A stretch of 64,000 nt of DNA, taken from contig OX597815.1 in assembly GCA_951406725.2 (NCBI GenBank), forward strand, positions 171,182,001-171,246,000, given 5' to 3'. The stretch comes from Octopus vulgaris. Taxonomy: Eukaryota. Positions 28,863 through 41,977 of this stretch are shown in pieces. A program made the position numbers and the translations under genes. Under the pieces are notes generated by a model, which had not been told where the DNA came from, ran no database searches, and saw only the letters and a program-made list of their open reading frames with translations. Each line of letters opens with the position of its first letter. Positions within the stretch are counted from its first letter, which is position 1.

Positions 28863-29732
28863 AGAAAACACGAATGGAACAATCACACCCACCACCACAC
28901 TACACCACATGACTAAAGAGAGAAGGGAGGAGAAGAGAGACGAAAAAATAAATAATAATAATAATAAATTAAAACACAGATACAAACAGGATAATACACG
29001 CACAATAGACATATATGCACATACCCGTGGTACAAATGATAAATAGAGATAGATAAATAAAAAAATAAATAAATGAATATATTTGTAACATAAATATAAG
29101 AAATAGACATAGATAATAAATGAATTAATAAATCCATATAAAGGGCATGGATACAAACAACATAAGTGAATCAATATACATACACAAACACACACACAGT
29201 AACTTCACAGACGGCTGCGACAGTATCAACAATGTGACTAACAACGACAGCAGCAGCGGCGGTGACAACGATGGCAGCTGTGTAGGTGAACACACGAACA
29301 CAGAGAGAAACAGGAACTGTACCAAATTTTCATGTCCTAGGACAGCAACGGTGATAACGGGGTGAGAGGAAGGTCATACTGCTACTAAGATCAATGACAC
29401 ACACATAAGCACACACGTACGCACACATACATGCACACATACACACAAACACCGACACAAATGCATGCGCACATAATGATATACAACATAGAAGAGCAGA
29501 ATGAAATAAGTGGAGCAAGAGCATACACGAAGACGAAAAGTGTCACTGAAGAGAACGCAGATGTGTGACGAAAGATTTCTGGATAATGAACATGAGTTAG
29601 AATAAGAACAGTAATAAACGAGTGAAGAACAAATATATAGTGCGTGTGTTTATTTGGCAAAAAATGACCGTCCCGAAATGCAACAATATATATATAACAA
29701 AAGAGGCGGGTATTTCCACGCAGGAAAAAATA

Positions 29733-30883
29733 TAGGCAAAATTGTTGTTGAAAATGCACCTAAATTTTTTAAAAACTTGTAATTGTTTAAATGTTCGTAA
29801 CAGTCAATAATATCAAAGCTGTGCATCAACTTGTTTGAATGTAAAAAGTTCATTAGTGTTAGTAGTGATCGACAAGAAATGAATATCATCACGAAAAAAG
29901 CTCAAGGGAAACTTTTTGATAATACCCTTCAACTCTGGAGAAAGAACTATGAAAACGAGGAAGTAATCTCACTTCAAAGATGGGAAAAAAGATTTGTTCA
30001 ATCACTATGAGGAAAAATTCATCCAGAATTCATCCAAAAATGCCCATCCAGAACCAAGAATAACCAATACCCTTTCCAGGGTTCCAAATACTCATCAAAG
30101 ACACAAAATGGGAAATTCCAGTGCACCCTTCACCAAACGACAAAACACCCTCACTCAAAGATACAGAAACCTATCTCACCCCAAGATTTCTCCACGTCTC
30201 AGACGTCACTATAAGAGAAATAAGAACTCCCCACGTCTGAGATATATCTCACATATAGAAAACTTTGAAGAGGACCAAAGGAGAAGTAAGAACTTTCCCC
30301 ATTCGAGACATTTCTTCCACAATAACCACCTCGTCCAAACAGGATATGAGCATTACGACAACCCCACTCAGAGCCGACCGCAACGGAGAACCCACAATAG
30401 ACCAAGGATCAAGACGCCACCAGTACTTTAACGAATCAAAAATCAGATCCGCTTGTGGAAAAAACATTATAAATACACCGGGTTCCAAAACACACCGCTA
30501 CAAGTGAAAGTTCCTACACACGAGTGAAAGGGGATCAGAGAAACTGTGAACCAAATCCCTTTTTTTACTATCTTCATTTCCTCCTTCTTTTCCCCTATTA
30601 ACTCAGTATGACTGAAACTTTGATGATATTCATTTCTTGTCGATCACTACTAACATTAATGAGCTTTGTACATTTAAACAAATTGATGCACAGTTTTAAT
30701 ATTAGTGACTTTTATGAACATTTAAACTTGTCAACATCGAAATTTCTGCACATGTCTTTCTAATTCATGATTTTAAATTTTTACAATTATAAACAAAAAA
30801 TATTGTTGAAATGTAAATAAATTTATTCAAAACAATTACAAGTTTTTCAAACTTAGGTGCATTTTCAACAACAAATTTGCCTC
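29733..30883. repeat. Long inverted repeat enclosing ~730 bp
   Basis: 29733-29891 is the reverse complement of 30621-30727 plus 30832-30883; the right arm has ~100 extra bp. Confidence 0.85.
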
Positions 30884-30896
30884 TGTGTGTGTGTGT

Positions 30897-30939
<43 letters not shown>

Positions 30940-30989
30940 TGTCTGTGTCTGTGTCTGTGTCTGTGTATATATATGTGCACATATATATT

Positions 30990-31022
<33 letters not shown>

Positions 31023-31817
31023 TTATCTATGCATGTATGACAAATCTTTGCAGTAATGATTGATAGACTATGTAATACTACATGGGGCAATATCATTTTT
31101 TACTTTGTGTATGTGGGTTACGTAGTGAGATAGAATTATTGCGCTTGGCCGAAGTAAATGTGCTAAGATGAGCAAAAAATTGACGCTTAAAGTTAACCAA
31201 TGCACCTATATATATTTTTAATGGAGTTCTGTTGTTCAAGCACGAGGCATTTATAAACTATGTTATTGATCTACAGCAATTGCTATTCAAGAGGCAATTA
31301 AGAGGTGTCCCAAGGTTGCAATTCTTCCTATAAGACGGCTTCTGCAGTATTTATTTGTAGTGTCGTTATTGAGATTCCGGCAAGCTATTAAAAAATTTCT
31401 AGTGCGGTGCGAGTGAATTCTATTGTTTATTATGTTGCTGTAACTGTATTGTTAGATCTCATATATCTACCGTTACAGTCTAGATTAGTCAGTACCACCA
31501 GTTCCCTATATTGATTGTTATTTAATTTAACATTACTTTCATCATCATTTCTATGTCTGGTGGAGTTCATAATGGTATTATAATAATTGCTCATTTCCCA
31601 TTCACTCCTCTCGATATTATTACTTCCCGAAATAATTTCCGTATTATCGATATTTGTATTACTAGGGTGTATGTATAAGTCTTCTTGTAGTGCTCAGGAT
31701 AAATACCCGCGTTTTCTCTTATGTTTTAATACTTACCCTTCCTATGATTACTATTAATCGTCACCCCGAGCGGATATATCTTTTGCCTTTTACTAAAAAA
31801 GAAAAAAAAACTCTATT

Positions 31818-32190
31818 ATTACCTCCGCCTTCGCTAAGGTGGAGGTGTTGTTTTCAGTCGTGTTTGTTTGTTTGTCCGTGGACAAGATATCTCAAGAACC
31901 ATTGGATGGATTCTGATGAAACTTTCAGGGATATTTGGCCTTGTGACTGGCACGAACTGATTAGATTTTGGGATCAGATCTATCCGGTACCGGACAATGT
32001 TTCTGGATTGTTTTTCCTGTTATTTTTTTTTTTTTACTTAAGTTTTGAGAGCGGTTGGGTTCATTTTCAGTATTCTCGTTTGTGAGAGCAGTCGAGTTTA
32101 TTTCAGATATTCTCATTTTAAAAATCATCTCTGGCTAATTGTTGAGAGGACGTTGCTTTGGCAGAGGTTTGCGCTCTCTGAGTGCTTTTG
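31818..32190 (+). mobile_element. Helentron/HINE (DINE-1-like) non-autonomous element
   Basis: 5' ACCTCCGCC..GGTGGAGGT hairpin, (GTTT)n, 3' GGCAGAGGT sub-TIR, GCGCTC-TCT-GAGTGC stem-loop, T-rich flanks. Confidence 0.8.
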
Positions 32191-32375
32191 GTATTATTAT
32201 AATGCCTTTTGTGATCAATAAAGAAATTATTATTGAGAGGGCAGTGCATGCTATTAAAGTGACACTGGGGTAAAATATACGAAGCCCAGTCAAGCCCAGT
32301 CGCTATTTGTATTAGTTTTCCTTGCTTCTGAAGTAGGTTTTTCTGTAGCCCTACGGTGCTTATTTTATCTATAGT

Positions 32376-32810
32376 ATTTCTTTTTTTTATCTTCTCTTTC
32401 ATTTGTTGGCGTTGTATCGTATCGAGTTCATTGATTCCTAAGTATTTATGTCTGGTTTTGGTCTAATTCTCTTATCTGGTGTGATGTTGCAACTCTTAAC
32501 TAGTTTTCCTCTTTTCAAGGTTGCTTCGGCACATTTTTCTAAGCCAGATTTCACGTTTATTTCTCTGGTAAATCCATGTACTGTCAGTAGTAATGTTTCC
32601 AGCTGTTTATCACTTATAGCGTACAGTTTTTAGATCATCCATAAATAAGAGAGGGCCGATTGTTTTGCTGTAACAATCAGATTGTTTAGTTGTATCCGCA
32701 TCTAGTTCTGTTGAGCATGTCAGATAAAGGTGTCAATACCAAGAAGAAAAGAAATAAAGAGAGCGTCTCCCTGGAATATTCCTCTTCTAATGAGGATGGT
32801 TTGGGGTTTA
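32376..32810 (-). pseudogene. R4/Dong-clade reverse transcriptase fragment
   Basis: IRRGIFQGDAL...LTPLSDMLN...LLFMDDLK...GLEKCAEATLKRGKLV...KYLGINE...MKEKIKK, with frameshifts. Confidence 0.9.
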
Positions 32811-33596
32811 TTAGTTAAATAGTGAATAGATTAAAAGAGGTCTGGGAGGAAAAGTAAGATTTAATAATACTAAAAAAATTGTGTTGGTAATCCGTTAACG
32901 TTTAACCAGAAGGGTGGTTTATACCAAAGGATATGTTACCTCCCGCTCTTGCTAGGTAATCCCGAGGTTTGGGAGTTAGGAGCTTAGTATATGCCAGGCG
33001 TCTAGTTCTCTTTTTAAGTTCTTTTCCATGTAAGAATCCTGTTGTTAAGCCTCGCATGGGAACGCCTATATTAATACACTTTTGGAAAGAGGTAATGATG
33101 TGATGGATTGTTGTTGCTAGCAACCCGCTCGAACTAGCGTTCTTCTGTCGGCAGTGCCGAAGGAGCAGTTCCGGCGGAGAGAAGAGCGCTGGTCGCGTAA
33201 ACGCGCAATACAAGCTGCGTCGCCAGTACGAAAGGGTGCGGCTGCAGGCAACTTATCTCCAATAAGAAAGACGCCGCCTCGACCCTGTTTTGCACCGTCT
33301 CTCGTTGCGCTGGCCCGCCTCAACAAGTAAATTGCACCCGTTCTCGAGATAGGGCGTTCGCAGCAGCGATTACGTCCGCCACCTCTCTCTTTTCTGGCCC
33401 AGCTTTTCCTGCCTTCACGCCTCCGCGCGCCGCATCTCTTCGTTCACCTCCGAATTGGTCACGTGCCCAGCCCGTGACAGCCGCCTCCTCTAACTACCAC
33501 ATTTCTTGATGTGTTTGTTCGATTGTGATGCGCTGGCTCGCCTCAACAAGTAAATAACGCGAGGCTGCCGAAGTCCCAGAATTGCAATTCCGCCGA

Positions 33597-35147
33597 CACA
33601 TCATCAACGAAAACACCAGCAGATGATCATCGCCAAGCACATCGAGGTGACATAGTTCACTCTCTGATATGTGGTGTGCAAGGACATCAGGTATCGTTTT
33701 ATGGGTTGAGGAAACCGCAACCTATGTCGTCACTGAAAGGAATTGATCTCTAGTTCTACGGTTCTAAAAATTCATCGAGGCTGTTGCTGTGGACGTGAGC
33801 AGTATGGGTTACGAAGAGCACCCGATTCTGCCTTGCCCCCGCTTGGTGTTGTATTTAGTTTTGTTTAATTGTTTAACAACAATATAAGAAAATAGCAGAA
33901 TCTAAACGAAAGGTGGCACTCAAAAGTAGCAGGCGAAAATATCAATATATGGTTTTCAGAGTGACTTTGTAGATTGTTGTGGCTTGACCTCAGTGCAACT
34001 TTGAACAGCAGACCATTGCTCAAAAGAGTTCCAGCCATTATTCTCTCGTCTTTTTTTCAGTCTACATTGCCTAATGTATTCACTTTTTTCCGAAAGGTTT
34101 GATTTGAGGAGGATTTAGCTACTATTTCTCCTCGACCGAGCTACTACAAAGAGACTCACTATGTATTTAGCTATAAATGCCAAACATGGAAACATAGGAG
34201 TGGAGAGATTTATGGAATAAATATAGCAGTGATTACATTTTAGCATCAACAAATGAGACACCACGTTGATTCCTATTTGCTTTTCATTGTTTATGAATCT
34301 CCACGTTCGCAATGCAAAACACTCTGCGTTAAACTGAAGTACAGAACGTACTGCTGGGAACAGTCAGGTTTAATTAAAGGGAGGAGCACGGATACAATCA
34401 TACATAATTATAATCAGAATTTTCAAAATTTTATTTAACGCCGACCTGATTGTAGATTCTGTCAAAGAAAAGACAATCGATATATTCTTACTTACTTAAC
34501 TTACAATTTGTATATTGATAATAGCTTCGCACGGGACTTCATTAATACACTGAGCTGGCGAAACTGAATATGAAAGGTCGGAGGAGTGAGTGGGAAATGT
34601 GATCGCATTCGTATAAATGAAATATTTTGCTTTGTGTCTTACAATATGTGTAATTGAATGCTTCTCATTATAAATACAAGTCTATATAAATGTACGTGTT
34701 GCCGTTGTTTTGATATCTGAGCGTATTTTAACGAGATCGTATACAGAGTATGCGAGACAACCGAGAACAGAATAGCACACAAAGGAAATCAAAGATACCA
34801 AACAGCGAAAAAGGTCATACTCCCAGGAAAATGTTACATACATTTAGTGTGTAGAATCAGCTACGAAACTGACCATTAAGCAGAACTACATACAACACCA
34901 AGCGGAGGCAAGACAGAATCGGGTGCTCTTCGTAACCCATACTGCTCACGTCCACAGCAATGGGCTCAATGAATTTTTATAACCGTAGAACTAGAGATCG
35001 ATTCCTTTCACCGACGACATAGGTAACGGTTTCCTCAACCCCTAAAGCAACACTTGATGTCCTTGCACACCACATATCAGAGAGTGAACTATGTCACCTC
35101 GATGTGCTCGGCGATGATCATCTGATGGTGTTTTCGTTGATGATGTG
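33597..35147. repeat. Inverted pair of ~273-bp arms (33597-33869 and 34875-35147)
   Basis: CACATCATCAACGAAAACACC...GGTGTTGTAT is matched in reverse complement with scattered substitutions. Confidence 0.92.
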
Positions 35148-35359
35148 CCAGACACGCTGGACGAAATTATTCCCCTTTCTTTGGGCCATCAATGACATAA
35201 AGCGCGAAGAACTATTGTATTTAACATAAGCAGCCGATCTCCAAGTCCTTCGGATTGGCAACAAAAGCTACGAGTAGAAAGTGCTTTTCATTTCTTGTAT
35301 TACATTGCAACATACCTTGATGAAGTTCTCTTGACGTTTAAAAATGAAATTATGTTTTG

Positions 35360-35434
35360 TGTGTGTTTGTGTGCGCGTGCATATATATGTGTGTATGTAT
35401 ATATATATATATTATGTATATATATATGTAAATA

Positions 35435-35488
<54 letters not shown>

Positions 35489-35553
35489 TATATATATTGT
35501 ATATATATATATTATATATGTGTATATATATTATATATATTATATATATATGT

Positions 35554-35592
<39 letters not shown>

Positions 35593-35672
35593 TATATGTA
35601 TATATATATTGTATTATATATATATATATATATTATATATATATATATACATATATATATATGCTTATGTGC

Positions 35673-35717
<45 letters not shown>

Positions 35718-36071
35718 TATATAACACACACACATATAAACGTAATAGTGAAATTCCCAAAATATTATATCAATGTAATAAGACACGTATTGGAATGTAA
35801 TATGAGGAAACTGCTTTTTATGAAATAAATTTTAAAGTCTTAAATTTTAAATAAATATAAGTTTCCATTCTTCATCATCATAATCTTTATAATATACTCT
35901 GTATTTTCCATGAGATCTGCTGTAGTGAACTCAGAACTTACCAATGGAAGAGAGTACGATTTTAATTATTTACGCTAAACGGATTTTAGATAATTTATAT
36001 CATTCGATGTGGTAAGCTAAGTCTGGATTTTATCAGAGTGCTGGTATGATATTCCCCAGATTTAAAGTCCC

Positions 36072-36102
<31 letters not shown>

Positions 36103-36391
36103 TGTATGTATGTATGTATGTATGTATGTATGTATGTATGTATGTATGTATGTATGTATGTATGTATGTATGAATGTATGTATGTATGTATGTATGCATA
36201 AAGAGTGGGGGAAAGAAAGAAATACATTATAGGTAAAAAGCTATATCGATATATCTCTGGTTGCGTATATGTATTATGCATGTATATTAGTGTATACATA
36301 TATAAATATAAATATAGATGCATAAATACAATATTTGTATATACATATACATACATATATATATATATGTATATGATTGTATATGTATATG

Positions 36392-36426
<35 letters not shown>

Positions 36427-36610
36427 CTGTATATGTACGTTTATTTGTGGTGTCCTGTACTCATATATGCATGTATATATACATGTAGGTATGTTCATAT
36501 ATGTATGTATGCATATGTTTTATTTATTAAATTGTTATTATATGATTGAACGCACGCGTTGTTTTCTTTTTCTTCTTCTTCTTCTTCTTCTTCTTCTTCC
36601 AAGTAAGTTT

Positions 36611-36646
<36 letters not shown>

Positions 36647-36738
36647 CATATATACATATACATACACATATATAGAGAGAAATACGCATCTTTCTTGCTC
36701 TCCCTCTCTATTTCACTCCATATATATATATATCCCTC

Positions 36739-36776
<38 letters not shown>

Positions 36777-36920
36777 TATATATATACATACATACATATA
36801 CATATATACACCAGAGTAAGCACATAGTGGAAAAAACAGCAGTCGAATACCGGAGACAAAGTAATATACTTTATTAATAAAACTGCAAAATATCACAAAA
36901 CTGTTACTCAGAGTTTCACG

Positions 36921-36960
<40 letters not shown>
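35360..36960. repeat. Compound microsatellite field including long (TATG)n and (CTT)n
   Basis: Direct read. Confidence 0.85.
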
Positions 36961-36967
<7 letters not shown>

Positions 36968-37312
36968 GTATAACCCTCTATAAGCATTTCTTTAGAACTC
37001 TTAAAACAAATTTATCCATATTATTTCTCTGAATTTTAAATCTATTGTCAAGATCTATCACTGCTGTTCATGTATCTTCTAACTTTTAATTCTCAATTCA
37101 ACATTTTAAATTTTAAATTCAAAATGATTTTTTAATCGATTTATCACTCTTCATTTATTTGTCTTTTTTACGTATATTTGTACCTCACGTGCTTCTTATT
37201 TCTATTCTAGATAATATATTGATAACTTCCTTGTCTTACTGAATTTATTGCGTTGATGTAAATCATACCTATTGGATGATTATCTAAATTTTATCTCTTC
37301 TTAAACCAATTT

Positions 37313-37343
<31 letters not shown>

Positions 37344-37707
37344 GGTAAACGTTAAAAAAACACAAACTGGGACAAGAACGTGAAACATTTTGAAGACGAC
37401 AAAAAAACACACAGACGGGACTTTCGAAGCTCTCAGTCATCAGTCAAGAACCAGATCATCTTCGCAATTTCGGCTGATTAATCTATATATATATATATAT
37501 ATATATGATAAGGGTGGCTTGTTAGCAATTTTCCAACCGAAAGGCAAAAATATATATACGTCACTAAAGCGACTGTGGGCTCTCTACATACATAGATTCA
37601 TACATACATACATACATACATACATACATACATACATACATACATACATACATGCCTACATGCAGACATATATACATACATACATACATGCCTACATGCA
37701 GACATAT

Positions 37708-37764
<57 letters not shown>

Positions 37765-38050
37765 CATATGCGTATATATACGTATATACATATACATATC
37801 CGTATATATATGCATATACGTTATGTTCATACACTTACATAGACACATATATGAACTTTTATAAGTGTATGTGCATCAGAATGTGCATGTCTCTGTAGTA
37901 GTGTGTTTTGGCGAATGTTCCTCTACATGTGCATCAGCGTTTAGTATTGTGTACGTGTAATAAAAAGTATTGGAATTACATTAAAGTAGCAATACAAAAG
38001 TGTTTATACAAACAAGGCACACATTTGTTTTTAATTATGTATGGACTCTA

Positions 38051-38250
38051 AGGCGGTGAGCTGGCAGAATCGTTAGCACGCTGGGCGAAATGCTCAGCAG
38101 TATTTCGTCTGAGTTCAAATTCCGCCGAGGTCCACTTTGCCTTTCATCCTTTCGGGGTCGATAAATAAAGTACTAGTTGCGTACTGGGGTCGATCTAATC
38201 GACCGGCTCCCTCCCCAAAAATTTGGAGCCTTGTGCCCAGAGTAGAAAAG
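38051..38250 (+). mobile_element. SINE family B
   Basis: AGGCGGTGAGCTGGCAGAATCGTTAGC head, GAGTTCAAATTCC B box, GCCTTTCATCCTTTCGGGGTCGATAAA core. Confidence 0.9.
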
Positions 38251-38516
38251 GATTATGTATGCACTCTAACAATTTATCCTCCATGCCAAGCGAGCTTCAT
38301 GCGTTTACCGGATTGGTTACCCACAGCCCGTTGATGTACAGGTTGTATTGGTTTATATGATAACCTGTGGCAGATCTCTGGTTATCAGATGTCTGACCTG
38401 ACACCGTCTATGACGTATCGGAAACATTGGAAGCGCTTTAGGACAGAAAATTGGAACAGTGTTCGACGGTATTAACTTTCATCTAATAGTGCTGGTTTGT
38501 GATTTTTTTATGTTAG

Positions 38517-38600
38517 GAAGCCATCGGTTGCAGCAGCAACAGTAGCAGACATAACAACAACAACAACAACTACAACTACAACTACAACTACAGTGAGCAG
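38517..38600 (+). other. Candidate 84-nt internal exon
   Basis: CTAAT branch-like site, TTTTTTTATGTTAG acceptor, CAG|GTAAAT donor; open in two frames. Confidence 0.35.
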
Positions 38601-38939
38601 GTAAATATAACCTGCAGTAACATATCAAATTGTTACTTTATTTTCCATCTCTGTTACTCTTATAAACATGTAAACACATATAAACAACTTCATTTGACCT
38701 AAATGATAAAATACTATTAACGCACTAGTACGCAAATACGAGCTGACATGCATACGAGAGATATGTGTCGGCGCTTCACATGATGCGTGTTAGCGTTTCT
38801 GATTGTGGCATATTTGTTACACTACGAAAACACTGAGTTTAAACAGAATGAAAATTCGATTCCTATTCGCTGTTTTTGCAGACAATTTTCAAGTGAGAAA
38901 TTTCAATTGTATCAACAAAATTTATTTAATGGAATGTAT

Positions 38940-39352
38940 GGATCTTTTAGGTTTGAACGGCAGTTTTTAACATAATTTCTAGGTAACTAAAAAAAATTTA
39001 AACTTCGTATACTGGTAGAATGTGTTTATAAAACATCTTTTTCTCTTGGCTTTATTGAGAAAATTCTATAGTTTGTAAGATATTTGTTGTTCTTTTTCTT
39101 CAATTTCTGCAATTTCAACCAATCACTGACATACATTGAGGTAAAAAAAACATTCTGTGCCGTATGAATATGTCCCTCGTTTAAGAAACAGATTGGGTTT
39201 ATTTACATTTGTGAACAAAAAAAGATACCCTTCCTCCACCCCTAACCCTAAAACAGATTCAAATGCAATAGATCGATACTAGGGTCATAATTATGGGTGA
39301 CAATTTCATATGACACCGCTAGAAAAAACAGCCGTTCAAACCGAAAAGATCC
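38940..39352. mobile_element. Merlin-like MITE
   Basis: TIRs GGATCTTTTAGGTTTGAACGGC / GCCGTTCAAACCGAAAAGATCC; exact 8-bp TSD GAATGTAT at 38932-38939 and 39353-39360. Confidence 0.85.
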
Positions 39353-41277
39353 GAATGTATTTATCAAACCCGTTAGGAACCTTGCTCAGTACACTGAGTA
39401 TTTGTAATGCTCATTCATTGTACAATGTTGTTAATATATATATCAAGGAACCTTGAAACTATCTCCAGCGAGATTACAAATACTTTTGAAATATAAATCC
39501 ATGTTTTTTGGCCGTGGATGGACAAACAGTAGTACCAATCACAAATATAAACCACTGATCTGCATAGTTGTCCGGAAGGTTTACTACGACAGCTTTTACC
39601 ATTTTATTAAATTATAAGAGGGATACTTCACGTAACGGCTCAGTTTTACTAGAAATGGCAGTCAAATCTCCCTCAAATAATACATACCGATAATGTAGTC
39701 CCGGGTATTCTGCACAAAAGATGATATAGTCGTGGATAGCAATACTTTTAACGATAGTTCTGGTCCATCAGAGTTGATCTGGAGTTAAACAACTAAAAAG
39801 AGAACTAAGAGATTTAAAAGATATAAGGTATTTATGAGAATAAAGAGCGAGAAATTAGCGTTGGAAGACAGTCAACACAGAAGCGAAGATTTTTTATACA
39901 GTATCAAGCCCCAGCCTTTTACGCATACTGTATATAAAACGTAAGCTGTTTGCCCAAAATATCTCTACGTATCTCAGTAATGTCTGAGCAATTTTGAAAT
40001 GTCACACAGTTAATGTTTTTTGTTGCATCCTACGTGAATAAAGTAAGCTAATCTACAATTGAATCTGCTTTCTTTAATATTAAATCCGAAATCAGTAAGT
40101 CTACTAACCAGACAACACAGACACTTCAAAGATATTTTAAAAACCGTAGTACTTTAGCTTCTGTTTAGCATTTTCGATACATGCCACGGGTCAAAGTACT
40201 TAGGGTAGAGAGCATTCTGTCTAATGCTAAAACACTTGCGTTGCTTCAAAATTTCTGTCTTCATAGATAAGAGATGTTGTTTTCTTTGAATTTAGATAAC
40301 AGCAATGTTGATGACATTCGATTTGTTATTTGATCTCAGTACAACGATATACAAAGCCTCAAAATATCATACCAACCTGAGCAGATGTTTGGGAAACTTA
40401 TACTAAGCAATCTTCTGATATATAACCCATTCAATTAAGATTTCACTAATTAAAGAAATTTGGGAGGTTGGTGATTATTGCAGTCTAAGAAAAATTACAG
40501 TATTTCATTGTACGAAAGAGCAAAAGAAAAGGGAGAAAAAAAGAGAGAATGAGATAGTGAAGAGAGATAGCGAGAGAAATAAACTTATTTTTTTACGTTT
40601 GTACGTGAAAGAAAAGTAGTGTGTCTTTTTATGCATGTGGTTTTTAAGGAGATAATGCAGGCTTTTTATCAATGTGCGTTTGATGTATAAATATAGCATC
40701 TAACGAGCTAATGATTGGGCCTCTACGTAGTCCCTCGATGTACTAAAAGTAGCAACCGACCTACCACAAAATCATACCCTTTTGTCTGTGAAAAAAGAAA
40801 AACATCAGACCATATGTAATATATCTGATATATTGAGACAGGATCGTCTCGGTTAGAACGCTTATGACCATATAACTGCTTGATTAGATCTAACCAAGGA
40901 CCAAATAACATAAAACTGTACCATTCATAACAATGTTTTCATTCGATTAAGGTTTCGTAAATATTTGATAGAATGTACTTCGCAAAACTATTTTTGTGAA
41001 AGACCCCAATAAAAGTAATAGAAATTGGGTAGTTTCGGTTTATATAAACAGGTTGTAATGTGAACAGAGAAATTTTTAACAGTAAACTAGTGCAAACGTT
41101 GTAGTATATCTACAAAGCAAATATTTTTCAATATACGCTCTATGAATCCCATGACATAGAAATTTACATTATACTCAACTTAGTATTTTAAATTTGGTTA
41201 TGTATTTACTGATTATAGAAGTATACACACACATACACACACACACATATAAACAAAATATATATATACCTATGTAT

Positions 41278-41322
<45 letters not shown>

Positions 41323-41895
41323 ATTAAGAGAGAGAACCTCCATAAAGTAATTCAATTAATAATGAAAGATATTATCTATAATAAAATATAAATTTAAATA
41401 TATTATTATTAACATTGTACTAAAAATTTCTATACCAAATAATACGCTTTAAAACGACATTATTATTAATATTGTACTGAACATTTCTATACTAAATAAT
41501 ACACATTAAAAAAATACACATTAAAACGACGCGCGCGTTTCGTGACTATGTATACAAATCTACAATATCAAAATCGATAATCTAATATATATATATATAT
41601 ATATAATCATATCAAAGGGAAATGGAAATTGATAGAAATTTTTCATTTCCAGTGGCCTAGCATGTAAAAATTTAGTCCAAAGACTATGTATTAGTCATAA
41701 AATACACTGTACATTTAAACACATAAGGAATCCACTCGTGGGATTCAACACGCTATATATATATATATATATATACGTATATTCTTGTATGTACATACAT
41801 ACACGCACACACACATATATATGTATACATGTATATATAAGCGAATATGTGTTTGTGTGCAGATGATTTTTCGTGGGTGTGTGTGTGTGCATGTG

Positions 41896-41977
<82 letters not shown>

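Noticed and set aside
29147-29365. Ser/Asp/Asn-rich 72-aa ORF
   Set aside because: Low-complexity trinucleotide-like sequence with no homology cue or convincing splice pair.
37405-37480. Minus-strand CTGATGA...GAAA hammerhead
   Set aside because: No credible stem II or stem I pairing around the core; probably a repeat fragment.
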